A DNA stretch of 64,000 nucleotides, taken from contig CAWIEK010000049.1 of assembly GCA_963835065.1 (NCBI GenBank), forward strand, positions 640,001-704,000, read 5' to 3'. The notes beneath the pieces are model-generated. The model was not told where the DNA came from, did no database searches, and worked only from the letters and a program-made list of their open reading frames with translations. This DNA comes from an uncultured Chthonomonadaceae bacterium. Lineage in GTDB: Bacteria > Armatimonadota > Chthonomonadetes > Chthonomonadales > Chthonomonadaceae. A program made the position numbers and the translations under genes. Of this stretch, positions 40,324 through 49,909 are shown one piece after another; position 1 is the stretch's first letter, and each line of letters opens with the position of its first letter.

Positions 40324-41088
40324 ATGATACGCAAGACACAGTTATCCGCTGGTAGCAACGAACGTTTTCAGCCGAAGTGATTAGTACTTTATGTCGGCAG
40401 TCTGGCGCTGTCCATACTGGGCAATGCAATTTACGGACTGCTCACCAACTGGTTTGGCGCAAACAGTTTAGCTTTGTTTGGAATTGCGTTTGGCATGGCA
40501 CTGGTTCTAGGTTTCAGCGCTTGGACACTGACGCGCCTTCTGCGCCGTGGAAACCATTCCGCCGTAATCGGCAAACGTCCGCCACGAGCGCGCGTCGGGT
40601 TGATTGTACTGGTAAGTAACAACCTGGAGGCATTGCGGAAAGCTATCGAATGGCACGGCGAGGAACTGAAAAACTGCTGGCTGATTTGTTCTCCTCTTTC
40701 AGCTCCAAATGCGCGAATTCTGGAAGAGGAATTGGTTGCGCAAGGCAAGGATGCGTGTCTGGAGTTAGTAAATGACGTGTATGATCCTATCAAATTTCTG
40801 GAGAAGGTTACAGAAATCAGCAAGCGAGCGACTACAGCCAACATTAATCCTGATGACCTTATCCTGGATTTTACAGGCATGACCTCAATTGCATCCGTAG
40901 GTTGCGTGTTGGCATGTTTGCAAACACACCTTCCGCTGCAATATACACCCGCCGTATCCAATCCGAACATGAAGGCTTTAATACCGCTTGATCCTATGGA
41001 AATTACGCTGGACTACAGCATACAGCCTCTCCATTCGCAAGCAGTCGTCGCATCTAATCGGACGCCTCCTGCTATGACCCCCCATTAG
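40324..41088 (+). pseudogene. Transmembrane-CARF effector (Cam1-like), in-frame TGA at 40378-40380
   Basis: Two N-terminal TM segments, then GLIVLVS...CWLICS...LILDFTGMTSIASVG CARF-type motif. Confidence 0.65.
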
Positions 41089-41130
41089 CCGCGCCTGTGA
41101 AGCGTTTGATCTGTACAGGGAACGATTGTC

Positions 41131-41415
41131 ATGCTGACTTGGTTTCGGATAATCGCTTATGACATTGCCTGTGACCGCCGCCGCAGGCAAATGCAGCAAT
41201 TGGCGCAGTCCGTTGCCGAGCGAGTGCAGGACAGCGTATTCGAGGGCTGGCTTTCGGATCGGGAGGTCGCAGATCTCCTGCGCCGGGCGCGGCCCTTGAT
41301 TGAGCCTGCAACCGACTCGCTGCGCATCTACCTTCTGTGCGAGTCGTGCCGGGAACAAGCGCATTGTCTGGGCGCGCCCATAACGCCCCCGCCGCCCGAC
41401 GACATTCTGACGTGA
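41131..41415 (+). CDS. cas2: CRISPR-associated Cas2
   Basis: IIAYDI..DRRR....RVQDSVFEG.L; DSLRIY.LC..C. Confidence 0.92.
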   Translation: MLTWFRIIAYDIACDRRRRQMQQLAQSVAERVQDSVFEGWLSDREVADLLRRARPLIEPATDSLRIYLLCESCREQAHCLGAPITPPPPDDILT

Positions 41416-41455
41416 AAAAGACAGGATTTTGTCTTCCCGATTCCGTATTCCTGCC

Positions 41456-42613
41456 ATGCCAACGCCCCTCTTTGCGCAATTGATGCAGCCGGAAACGCTG
41501 GCGATGGCCTGGGAACAGGTGCGCCGGGGCGGAAAAACACCCGGCGTGGATGACGTGACGCTGCCGCAGTTTGAACGCCATTTAGACCGGGAACTGCCGC
41601 GCCTGGCGAGAGAAGTACGCGAGGGCGCGTACCATCCCTGGCCGTCGCTTCGCCTCAACATCCCCAAACTAAAGGGCGGCACGCGGGCTATCGGCATCCA
41701 ATGCGTACGGGATCGCGTCGTCCAGCGCGCCCTGCTCAATCTCCTGCAGCCGCGCATTGAGCCGCAGTTGGAAGCCTGCTCGTATGCGTTTCGTCCGGGC
41801 CGCTCCGTGGCGCAGGCGCTGTCCACTCTGGATGCGCTGCATCAGGGCGGGCGAAGTTGGGCGGCGCGGGGCGATATTCGCCTGTGCTTCGATAGCCTGG
41901 CGCATGACCGGCTGCAAGCGGTTTTAAGCCGCGTCGTGCCGGAAAAGGATGTGCAGGAACTGCTCAGTCGCTGGCTGCGCGCGGGCGTGGTGGATGGCGA
42001 ACAGTGGCAGGAAACCGGGGCGGGCGTGGTGCAGGGTGACGCGCTTTCGCCCCTGCTCTGCAACCTGTACCTGGATGCGTTCGATGAAACCCTGCTGCGG
42101 GCGGGGTATGCGCTGATTCGCTATGCCGATGATTTCGTGCTGCTTGCCCACTCGGAACGGGAAGCGAGGCGCGGATTGCAGGCCGCCGATACCGCCCTGA
42201 GCGCGATTGCGCTGCACAGTAACCCGGAAAAAGCTTGGGTGGGCACGTTTATACAGGGTTTCGAGTACCTGGGCGCATCGCTGGTCGGCTCGCTGATTTT
42301 GCCGCTGCACAAAGTGGAGCGTCCGGGCAAACTTCCGCGCTACACGTTCGGCTACGGCGAACGCCCGCCCGTCCGCGCGCCCAACGAGCCGCCATGTGCG
42401 CCCGTCGTGACGCCGCTGACCGCCACCCACGCGCAATTGCGCGAGGAACTGCTGCGTTTGCGCCGCGCCCGGCAGCGGGGCCGGCAATTGCCCGCTGTGG
42501 GCGCGGCCATGCTGCAGGCGTGGGAGGAAGCCGGACGCCGCCGTCCCGCCCGACGCCGAACGGGAAGGCTGGCAAAGCGTGTATCTGATATAGGAGTAGG
42601 GGTTAGGGAGTGA
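41456..42613 (+). CDS. Group II-like reverse transcriptase, CRISPR-associated
   Basis: AW..V...PGVD, IPK..GGTR.IGI..VRDRVVQRA, SYAFRPGRS, GDI..CFD, QGDALSPLLCNLYL, RYADDF, FEYLG. Confidence 0.92.
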   Translation: MPTPLFAQLMQPETLAMAWEQVRRGGKTPGVDDVTLPQFERHLDRELPRLAREVREGAYHPWPSLRLNIPKLKGGTRAIGIQCVRDRVVQRALLNLLQPRIEPQLEACSYAFRPGRSVAQALSTLDALHQGGRSWAARGDIRLCFDSLAHDRLQAVLSRVVPEKDVQELLSRWLRAGVVDGEQWQETGAGVVQGDALSPLLCNLYLDAFDETLLRAGYALIRYADDFVLLAHSEREARRGLQAADTALSAIALHSNPEKAWVGTFIQGFEYLGASLVGSLILPLHKVERPGKLPRYTFGYGERPPVRAPNEPPCAPVVTPLTATHAQLREELLRLRRARQRGRQLPAVGAAMLQAWEEAGRRRPARRRTGRLAKRVSDIGVGVRE

Positions 42614-42699
42614 TTAGGAATTAGGCGCAATCCCAATACTAACTGCCGCGCCCCAACACCTAATCCCTAATCCCTAATCCCTAATCCTTAATCCCTATG
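42590..42699. repeat. Inverted heptamer-array element (TAGGGAT / ATCCCTA) between RT and cas1
   Basis: Degenerate taggagt/taggggt/tagggag arm and (taatccc)n arm ending in the cas1 ATG. Confidence 0.75.
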
Positions 42700-43680
42700 T
42701 CAAGCCTCGTCGTCACAACTCAAGGAGCGGTACTGCGCTGCGTGGGCGGGCAGATCGTGGCGGAATAGCAGAAGCAGGCCATGCAGAAGATTCCACAAAA
42801 CCAGGTGGAGCGCATTCTGCTGCTGGGCAGCGTCGGCCTGACAACAGGCGTTCTCAACTTCGCGCTGGAAAAGCGCATCCCCGTCACGTTTTTGACGCAG
42901 GAGGGGCAGTACAAAGGACGGCTGGAATCGGGCGGGCGGCGCGACATTGCGCTGCGGCTGGCGCAGTTTCGGGGTCTGGAAGATGTGGCCTGGCGGCTGT
43001 GCCTGTCGAAAACGATTGTAAGCGCAAAGATCGAAGCGCAGCGCGGCGTCTTGCGGCGGTGCGGGCGCAATCATCCGCAACCGCCCATCACAGCCGCCAT
43101 TGCGCAGTTGAACGATAGCCTGAACCGCATTGCCGACGCGCAAACCCTGCCCGAACTGATGGGGCAGGAAGGCAGCGCCGCCCGCGCCTACTTTCACGCC
43201 CTGCCCTCCGCCCTGCGCCGTTCCCTGCCGTTTAATGGGCGCAACCGCCGCCCGCCCAAAGACCCGGTGAACGCGCTGCTGAGTTTGGGCTACGGCCTGC
43301 TCACGGCGGAAATCATCGGCGCGCTGACGGGCGCAGGTTTGGACCCGCAGATCGGCCTCTTCCACAGTTCGCGGGGGCGCATGCCGGTGCTTGCTGAAGA
43401 CGTGTTGGAGATGTTTCGCGCTCCGGTTTCGGAAGTCCGCGCTGACACCTGAAAATTTGGGCGTGATGCGGGCGGAGCATTTCGAGAAACCTGAAACGGG
43501 GGAGCTGACAAACCCTGACCACGTACTTCAAGCACTACCGCCGGCGGATGCAGACGACGTTTCGGAACCGGCAGGGACAGCCGACCAGTTTCCGGCGCGA
43601 GTTGCAGGCACAGGCAACCCACTTGCGGCGCGTGATTTTACATCAGGAACCCTACGCGCCGTTTGAATTTCAGGTAGGCG
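42697..43680 (+). pseudogene. cas1: CRISPR-associated Cas1 with in-frame TAG (42766-42768) and two 3' frameshifts
   Basis: LVVTTQGA, LMGQEGSAARAYF, FNGRNRRPPKDPVNALLSLGY, GLDPQIGLFH; the C-terminus is spread over three frames; end approximate. Confidence 0.9.
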
Positions 43681-43689
43681 GGCCGCATG

Positions 43690-43932
43690 ACGATATTGCC
43701 CAACGCGACAAACCGGCGCAAACCTTGCTCAAGTCTAAAAGAAAAAGTGACATATGCCTCAGCAGCAAAGACAAGGGTAAGCCAGCGTCGGCGCTAACCT
43801 CCAAAACGCCAAAATAGGGAGGTTAGCGCCGGAAAAATAATCTCAACATGCTTGACAACACACGAAAAATACGCTATACTGGCTCTATGTTTCCGAGGTT
43901 AGCGCCGATGAGAAGGAAACATGAGATAGAGG
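43690..43932 (+). promoter_or_regulatory. CRISPR leader with promoter and repeated motif
   Basis: A-rich; TTGACA(43852)-17 bp-TATACT(43880); GAGGTTAGCGCCG motif in three copies. Confidence 0.8.
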
Positions 43933-45965
43933 GTTGCAACCCGACCTCTTCCCCGTAGGGGATTGAAACTGAGGATCCCAGCTCGGAGAGGCTGATGCCT
44001 TGATGCCGCTGTTGCAACCCGACCTCTTCCCCGTAGGGGATTGAAACAGAAGGTGACCGGGTTGAGGCTGTTAGCCACCAGAAACTCATTGAGTTGCAAC
44101 CCGACCTCTTCCCCGTAGGGGATTGAAACGGCGATCAGCCTTTGAAACTCTGCATGGTCTCCAGTGGTTGCAACCCGACCTCTTCCCCGTAGGGGATTGA
44201 AACGGGAGCGGTTTGGGGAGGAGGGGTTCTTCTGTGCCCTTGTTGCAACCCGACCTCTTCCCCGTAGGGGATTGAAACTCCTCAATCGAGTCGGCCTCAG
44301 CCCCGTCAATGCGGTTGCAACCCGACCTCTTCCCCGTAGGGGATTGAAACGGTAATGCGCTGCCCGGCCTCGTACTCCGGCGAAGCCTTGAGTTGCAACC
44401 CGACCTCTTCCCCGTAGGGGATTGAAACGTACTCGACCTGGACATTCGGTACGCCAAGACTCGTTGACTTCGTTGCAACCCGACCTCTTCCCCGTAGGGG
44501 ATTGAAACGATGACGTTGATCTGGTGCGGGCCGTTCAGGATGAACCGGTTGCAACCCGACCTCTTCCCCGTAGGGGATTGAAACAGGCTCCAGGGCGGTG
44601 GTGGCGATGGGTTGCATTGCCGTGGTTGCAACCCGACCTCTTCCCCGTAGGGGATTGAAACTCATGCCCCTTGGCGATGATGGGTCCGGTCGCGCACTCG
44701 TCGGTTGCAACCCGACCTCTTCCCCGTAGGGGATTGAAACAGCCTTCATACCCAGCTCACTATGTCGCATGGCACTCAGTTGCAACCCGACCTCTTCCCC
44801 GTAGGGGATTGAAACCGTTCCCAATGGTTTTGTAGAAGTAATAACGCGCCTTGTGTTGCAACCCGACCTCTTCCCCGTAGGGGATTGAAACGGCCCAGGA
44901 GAAAGGCGGTGGTAGCGGTGTCCAGGTCGAGTTGCAACCCGACCTCTTCCCCGTAGGGGATTGAAACCCGCTCGATCTCCGTGATCCTCCACATCTTGGA
45001 TATGGGGACGGTTGCAACCCGACCTCTTCCCCGTAGGGGATTGAAACAGGAGAACCACCAGCTTGTAGCTGCTACGCTCGTACTGTTGCAACCCGACCTC
45101 TTCCCCGTAGGGGATTGAAACACAGGTTCTTTCTTCACGGCTGACAGCAACGTGTCAAGTAGTTGTTGCAACCCGACCTCTTCCCCGTAGGGGATTGAAA
45201 CCCCAGCATTTCCTCCGGCACTGGAATCGATCTTTAGTGGGTTGCAACCCGACCTCTTCCCCGTAGGGGATTGAAACAATCTGCTTGTCTCTGGCTTTGG
45301 GGTCATGCTCGGGCATGAAAAGTTGCAACCCGACCTCTTCCCCGTAGGGGATTGAAACACGGCATACACCTTGGTGCGCAGTGAGGTGGGCTGAACCGAG
45401 TTGCAACCCGACCTCTTCCCCGTAGGGGATTGAAACGTTTCACGTCCTATAACAGTTAGTAGTCCGATTGTTAGGTTGCAACCCGACCTCTTCCCCGTAG
45501 GGGATTGAAACCGTAGCACCTCTTCGAAGGTGGAGCGGTCAGCCGCAGACGTGGTTGCAACCCGACCTCTTCCCCGTAGGGGATTGAAACAGGATGAACC
45601 ACCAGCTTGTAGCTGCTACGCTCGTACTGTTGCAACCCGACCTCTTCCCCGTAGGGGATTGAAACATGTTCGTTGTTGAGCGCGCTAGAGTGCCCGCAAA
45701 AGTTCAGTTTGTTGCAACCCGACCTCTTCCCCGTAGGGGATTGAAACCTTGCGTGCCTTGTGCGCTGGTGATTACTTTGAACATGGTGTTGCAACCCGAC
45801 CTCTTCCCCGTAGGGGATTGAAACCATGCTCCCAGTCTTCGGCAAGCGTCCTGTGCAGATTCGAGTTGCAACCCGACCTCTTCCCCGTAGGGGATTGAAA
45901 CTCGGACAACGAAGTTCGGTGGTGCTGGCTTTGAGGGCGCGGGAAGTTGCAACCCGACCTCTTCC
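43933..45965 (+). CRISPR. CRISPR array: 26 full repeats + 1 truncated terminal repeat, 26 spacers of 35-45 nt
   Basis: Repeat GTTGCAACCCGACCTCTTCCCCGTAGGGGATTGAAAC (37 nt, CCCC-GTA-GGGG hairpin); leader on the left, degenerate end on the right. Confidence 0.99.
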
Positions 45966-46048
45966 TGCAACCGGCAAAGAATTTAGATGGTATGTGCCGG
46001 GGACTACAGGCAGGTCTACGCAACACAAACTCTGTAATTCTTAACAAC

Positions 46049-46096
46049 AAAAAGCAGCCTTTCGACACAAGCGCTTGTGTCGAAAGGCTGCTTTTT
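46049..46096. terminator. 48-bp perfect palindrome, probable bidirectional terminator
   Basis: aaaaagcagcctttcgacacaagc|gcttgtgtcgaaaggctgcttttt between the array and a convergent PIN gene. Confidence 0.7.
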
Positions 46097-46169
46097 ATGG
46101 ATACTGAACGTCCTGCTAAAGCAGGATGGGTTAGGGTTCCTTGAGAATTGTTTGCTGCGTTTCCTCAGA

Positions 46170-46739
46170 TCAGATTTCAGTTCTGTAGGCTGCCAGTTGG
46201 TCCGCCGTAGTAACAAGCCGATTGTTCCGCAACGTTTCTATGAACTCGTCAAACGTTTTTGGTGGGTTTTGCAAAGCCGCAAGCGCTTCACGAATCACGC
46301 GCATAAACCCTATCGGTTCTGTGATTAAGAGCTGACTGATAAAGAGGTCTGGATGCTGCGCGTCGATTCTATAGGGCGCGAGCGCGGATGCTGGAAAGTC
46401 CGAAAGGTTGTACGTCACGATAATAGAAGCCTTCCCTACAATGGCAGCTGCCAGCACATGCCGGTCATCCACATCGGGCAGGACAAGGCTCTCAATTAGA
46501 CTTTCGTAACCTTCCACAAGACTACCCGCCGCATGAGTATTCATCAAGACTCGAGTACGCTCCAGTTTTGCGCGGCTAAGTTCCGGGCGATTTGCCAATA
46601 CGTTTTCCATCCACTCATCATGTATCTGTTCTGTCCAGCGAGGCGAATACAACCCCCTACCGGCAAGCCGCATAAGCAGATCGCGCAACGGAGCGGAGTA
46701 GAGAACGCACACATCTAATACTGCAACTGTTGGAATCAT
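46170..46739 (-). CDS. PIN domain protein (VapC-like)
   Basis: AVLDVCVLY, LPDVDDRHVLAAAI, IVTYNLSDFP. Confidence 0.9.
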   Translation of the reverse strand: MIPTVAVLDVCVLYSAPLRDLLMRLAGRGLYSPRWTEQIHDEWMENVLANRPELSRAKLERTRVLMNTHAAGSLVEGYESLIESLVLPDVDDRHVLAAAIVGKASIIVTYNLSDFPASALAPYRIDAQHPDLFISQLLITEPIGFMRVIREALAALQNPPKTFDEFIETLRNNRLVTTADQLAAYRTEI

Positions 46740-47203
46740 TCGTATAGTCCAAGCCGCTGTGCCTCAGCAGTCATCTCATCCAGTACCGCTTTACGCGCTT
46801 CCTGTTCCGCTTCCATATAGGCAGCCAAGTCCGCATATCGAACACGGCGATGCGTTCCGACAAGGCGGAACGCGATTTTACCCTCATCCAGCAGTTTAAT
46901 CAGGTAGGGACGCGACACGCCCATAATCGCCGCCGCCTCAAATGTGGTCAGTTCTACCGGCAGCGGCAGAGCGGTTACAGCATTGCCGTTGCCCATTTCG
47001 GCCAGAATGGAGGCGAGCAGGGAGAGGGCGGGAGCCGGAACCTTAATCGCAACCCGCTTTTCTCCCTCGCAGGATAGTTCCAGACAGTAACACTTTTCGC
47101 CGTTCATAAAGTGTTCAATTTCTTTGCCGGCTTCGCGGGCGTCTTCGCGCTCCTGCTCGGAAAGCGTAAACGCCTTTACCGCTTCATTCATCGTGGCAGC
47201 CAT
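46736..47203 (-). CDS. Excisionase-family HTH DNA-binding protein (putative antitoxin)
   Basis: ELTT.EAA.IMGVSRPYLIKLLDEGKI.F..VGTHRRV; overlaps the PIN gene start by 4 nt. Confidence 0.88.
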   Translation of the reverse strand: MAATMNEAVKAFTLSEQEREDAREAGKEIEHFMNGEKCYCLELSCEGEKRVAIKVPAPALSLLASILAEMGNGNAVTALPLPVELTTFEAAAIMGVSRPYLIKLLDEGKIAFRLVGTHRRVRYADLAAYMEAEQEARKAVLDEMTAEAQRLGLYE

Positions 47204-47750
47204 CGTATCATCTCTCCATTCCTTTGTTTTGAACAGTGTACCATGCTAAGTGCAATATATGCAATGAACTTCTCGCATGTTCCCCCTTCCCATTCCTCGG
47301 ACAGCGCCTACAGCAATCATCCCACAACAACCCTCCGCAAAAACAATCCCACAAAAAGACAGAAAAAAAGCCAAACAACGTAAAACAAACGAACCTTTTG
47401 CCCCACACAGCCGTCTAAACAGTAGAACACAGTCTACTATGCAGATGTTATACCCACAGGAAGGCGGAACGTTCGCAGTTCCTATCAACTATTAACTATC
47501 AACTATCAACTAAGAAGGGAGGTGCCAGTCCTATGTTTCACCCCTCCCGTTCGCCCTGACGCTTACGAGGTCACGACGCCTCTCTCCTACAACCTGACAC
47601 AACGAGACATCGGGCTGGAAGCGCTGCATTGCCAAGATTTCGACGATGACTCTACATATCCTTTCATTTTAAGGACGTTTGTTGTTGACTGTACCCGTAA
47701 CGTATCCGGCGCGGGCTGCGTCTAAAGCCTAAATTTCTTTCGATGGAGAC

Positions 47751-49649
47751 ATGGCTATGCGCAAAGGTAATGCCCGGTTGCTTCCTTTACCGATTTCAAG
47801 CGGATTTTGGCTGACGCGCGCGTGTGGATTGTTCGCGTGTGGATTGCTGGCGCTGCCGGGGAATGTCGGGGCGCAATCGTCGCGCCCCGCCCCGCCTGCG
47901 GATGTGTTTGCTCAGGATACGCGGCTACGGCAGAATGTGAAGGTACACGCGCCCGGTTTGGCCGTAAAGGATTTGCTGGCGCGGCTGTCAGCGACAACAG
48001 GCGTGATGCTGACCGCCGACAAAATCACTGCCGAAGACAAAGTGATTGTTTTCAGCCCCGCGCGGCCTTTGCAGGCGACGCTTGCCGATGTTGCCGCCCT
48101 GTTCAACGATGTCTGGCGGCGGGAAACCACAAGCGACGGCAAGCCCCGCTACCTTCTCACCCGCAGCCTCCGCGCTTCCGCGCTCGAAGAAACGCTCCTC
48201 AACAAATCCCGCAATCGCCTGATGGCGCAGCTTGACGCGCAGGTAAACGCCTTAGCCGAAACGCCCGAACAACTGGCAAAGCGGCCCGCCAATGACCCCA
48301 TACGCCAGAGCCTTACGAAAGCGGAAAATCGAACCGCCACGCAGGTTTATGCCGCGCTTTCGCCCGAACAGCGCGACGTTTTGTTTTCCCGCCGCGTGAT
48401 GAACTTTGCCCCCAACACCATCAGCCCGCAGATGCGCGAACCCATCCGCAAACTCTATGAAGCCAGCATTGCCGCTATCGCCAGATTTCGGCCCCCGGAC
48501 GCCAACAACCCGCCGGAAACCCTTGCCGATTATGAGCGTCAGGGCATACAATTTGCCATTCATTCCTGCGGCGGACGGGTGACTCCTGCGATCTACGTTT
48601 ACGGCAAGGGTTCGATGCACGGCTCGCTGTTCGCGGAACTCGACGCGCGCAAGCAGTGGACATTGCCGCCACACGGCAACCCTTACGTTCAGCCCTCCCC
48701 TGCCCTGCTCCCTCCGATTGCCGAAGCCGAACAAACGCGCAAGGCCACGCAGGAAAAACAATGGCTTGACCAACTGCGCTCCCTTGCCGCGCTTACGGGA
48801 AAGCCCGTTGTGGCGGACTTCTACCGCAGCCAGCCTATCAACGCCGCTCCCATCGAGCAAAATCCTGATGCCGGCACCCCTGACAATCCTCCTGCCGCAC
48901 AAAGCCAATCCGGCAATGACGCTCCCGCCGCCAAAGCCAGCCCTGATGCGAAGGGAAGAATTAGCGCGAAGACAAAGGAGGCCGCAACAGAAAACATTGC
49001 CGCTTTAGATGATTTTTGTCGAAAAGCCGGGTATCTGTGGTGGATGCGGGCGGATGGCACACTGTTGTTCCGCAAGCGGGACTGGTACGAGCAGAAGTTG
49101 TACGAAGCGCCTGAAGATTGGCTGCATGAAACGGTGAAACATCTGGCCGCGCAAAACAACACGCCCACGCTTGCCGACTTTTTACGCGCCCGCCAACTGA
49201 CCACCCAGCAAATCCTCGGCCTGAACAGCATTTATCAGGGCGAGAACTACAGCTATTCGGAAGTGGAAGCCGTTGGCGCAACGGAACTGCTTGCGCTGCT
49301 GGACCGCCAGCTTGCCACAAGCGCCCTGTATCACCAGCCGATGAAGGTGGGCAGAACGCAATCCGCGATTTACTCTGTGGAGGGTGACAGCCTGACAGCG
49401 GCCCGCGACGCGCTGCTGGAGTTCCTGAACGCGCAGTTACAGCCGTTTGCCTTTGCAGACATAAAGTTCTTCCGCGTGGACGCCGTAAACTCGGACCGCT
49501 CTCCTGCCCCCGAAAGCGGTTTCAAGGACGCCGAACTCATGCTGATGTGCAACTGGAATCACGGCGCGGTGCGAAGCTATTACATTCGGTTGCCGCTCCG
49601 CCTGCCCGATGACCGCCAATCCGAAACCGTAATTGAACAAGCGCCGTAA
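47751..49649 (+). CDS. Secreted hypothetical protein
   Basis: 632-aa ORF, GGAG RBS, signal peptide, STN/secretin-N-like start (DLLARLSATTGV.L). Confidence 0.7.
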   Translation: MAMRKGNARLLPLPISSGFWLTRACGLFACGLLALPGNVGAQSSRPAPPADVFAQDTRLRQNVKVHAPGLAVKDLLARLSATTGVMLTADKITAEDKVIVFSPARPLQATLADVAALFNDVWRRETTSDGKPRYLLTRSLRASALEETLLNKSRNRLMAQLDAQVNALAETPEQLAKRPANDPIRQSLTKAENRTATQVYAALSPEQRDVLFSRRVMNFAPNTISPQMREPIRKLYEASIAAIARFRPPDANNPPETLADYERQGIQFAIHSCGGRVTPAIYVYGKGSMHGSLFAELDARKQWTLPPHGNPYVQPSPALLPPIAEAEQTRKATQEKQWLDQLRSLAALTGKPVVADFYRSQPINAAPIEQNPDAGTPDNPPAAQSQSGNDAPAAKASPDAKGRISAKTKEAATENIAALDDFCRKAGYLWWMRADGTLLFRKRDWYEQKLYEAPEDWLHETVKHLAAQNNTPTLADFLRARQLTTQQILGLNSIYQGENYSYSEVEAVGATELLALLDRQLATSALYHQPMKVGRTQSAIYSVEGDSLTAARDALLEFLNAQLQPFAFADIKFFRVDAVNSDRSPAPESGFKDAELMLMCNWNHGAVRSYYIRLPLRLPDDRQSETVIEQAP

Positions 49650-49690
49650 AACCCGGTTTATTCCTTCTCTCTGCTACAGTGCGTTCACGT

Positions 49691-49868
49691 CTGCCGGGTG
49701 TTTTCAACGCTTGCTGTGAAATGGGAGGCCGGGTACCGACAAGAGCGTTCCGAGTGTTGAAAACACCCGGCAGGAAAAGGCAAGCGTCTTGCAGACGCAA
49801 CTTTCCGAAAGCAGGGGCGCGTCTGAAAGACGCTTGCTTTGTCCAGCCAGGGGTTTTCAACCCCTGGC
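49691..49868. repeat. Composite REP-like palindromic element
   Basis: 18-bp IR (49691-49708/49756-49773), 19-bp IR (49780-49798/49819-49837), GCCAGGGGTTTTCAACCCCTGGC hairpin. Confidence 0.75.
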
Positions 49869-49909
49869 AACAAACAGAAGAAGCCAATACGCTGTGGACA
49901 GGAACAATG

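Noticed and set aside
41456..42613. RT as group II intron, retron or DGR
   Set aside because: No recognisable intron domain V/VI or endonuclease domain, no retron VTG motif or msr/msd inverted repeats, and no template/variable repeat pair seen; it sits between cas2 and cas1.
43970..45945. Self-targeting spacers within the window
   Set aside because: No match noticed by eye; needs a proper alignment, so not claimed either way.
43874..46068. Long minus-strand ORFs across the CRISPR array
   Set aside because: The repeat has no stop codon on the minus strand, so these ORFs are translations of repeats and spacers.
46736..47203. Excisionase as evidence of an integrated element
   Set aside because: No integrase or att site seen; this HTH family commonly pairs with PIN toxins.
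47522..47725. 67-aa ORF after an AAGGGAGG motif
   Set aside because: The start overlaps the RBS-like motif, the nearby ATG frame stops after 8 codons, and there are no recognisable motifs; unsupported.
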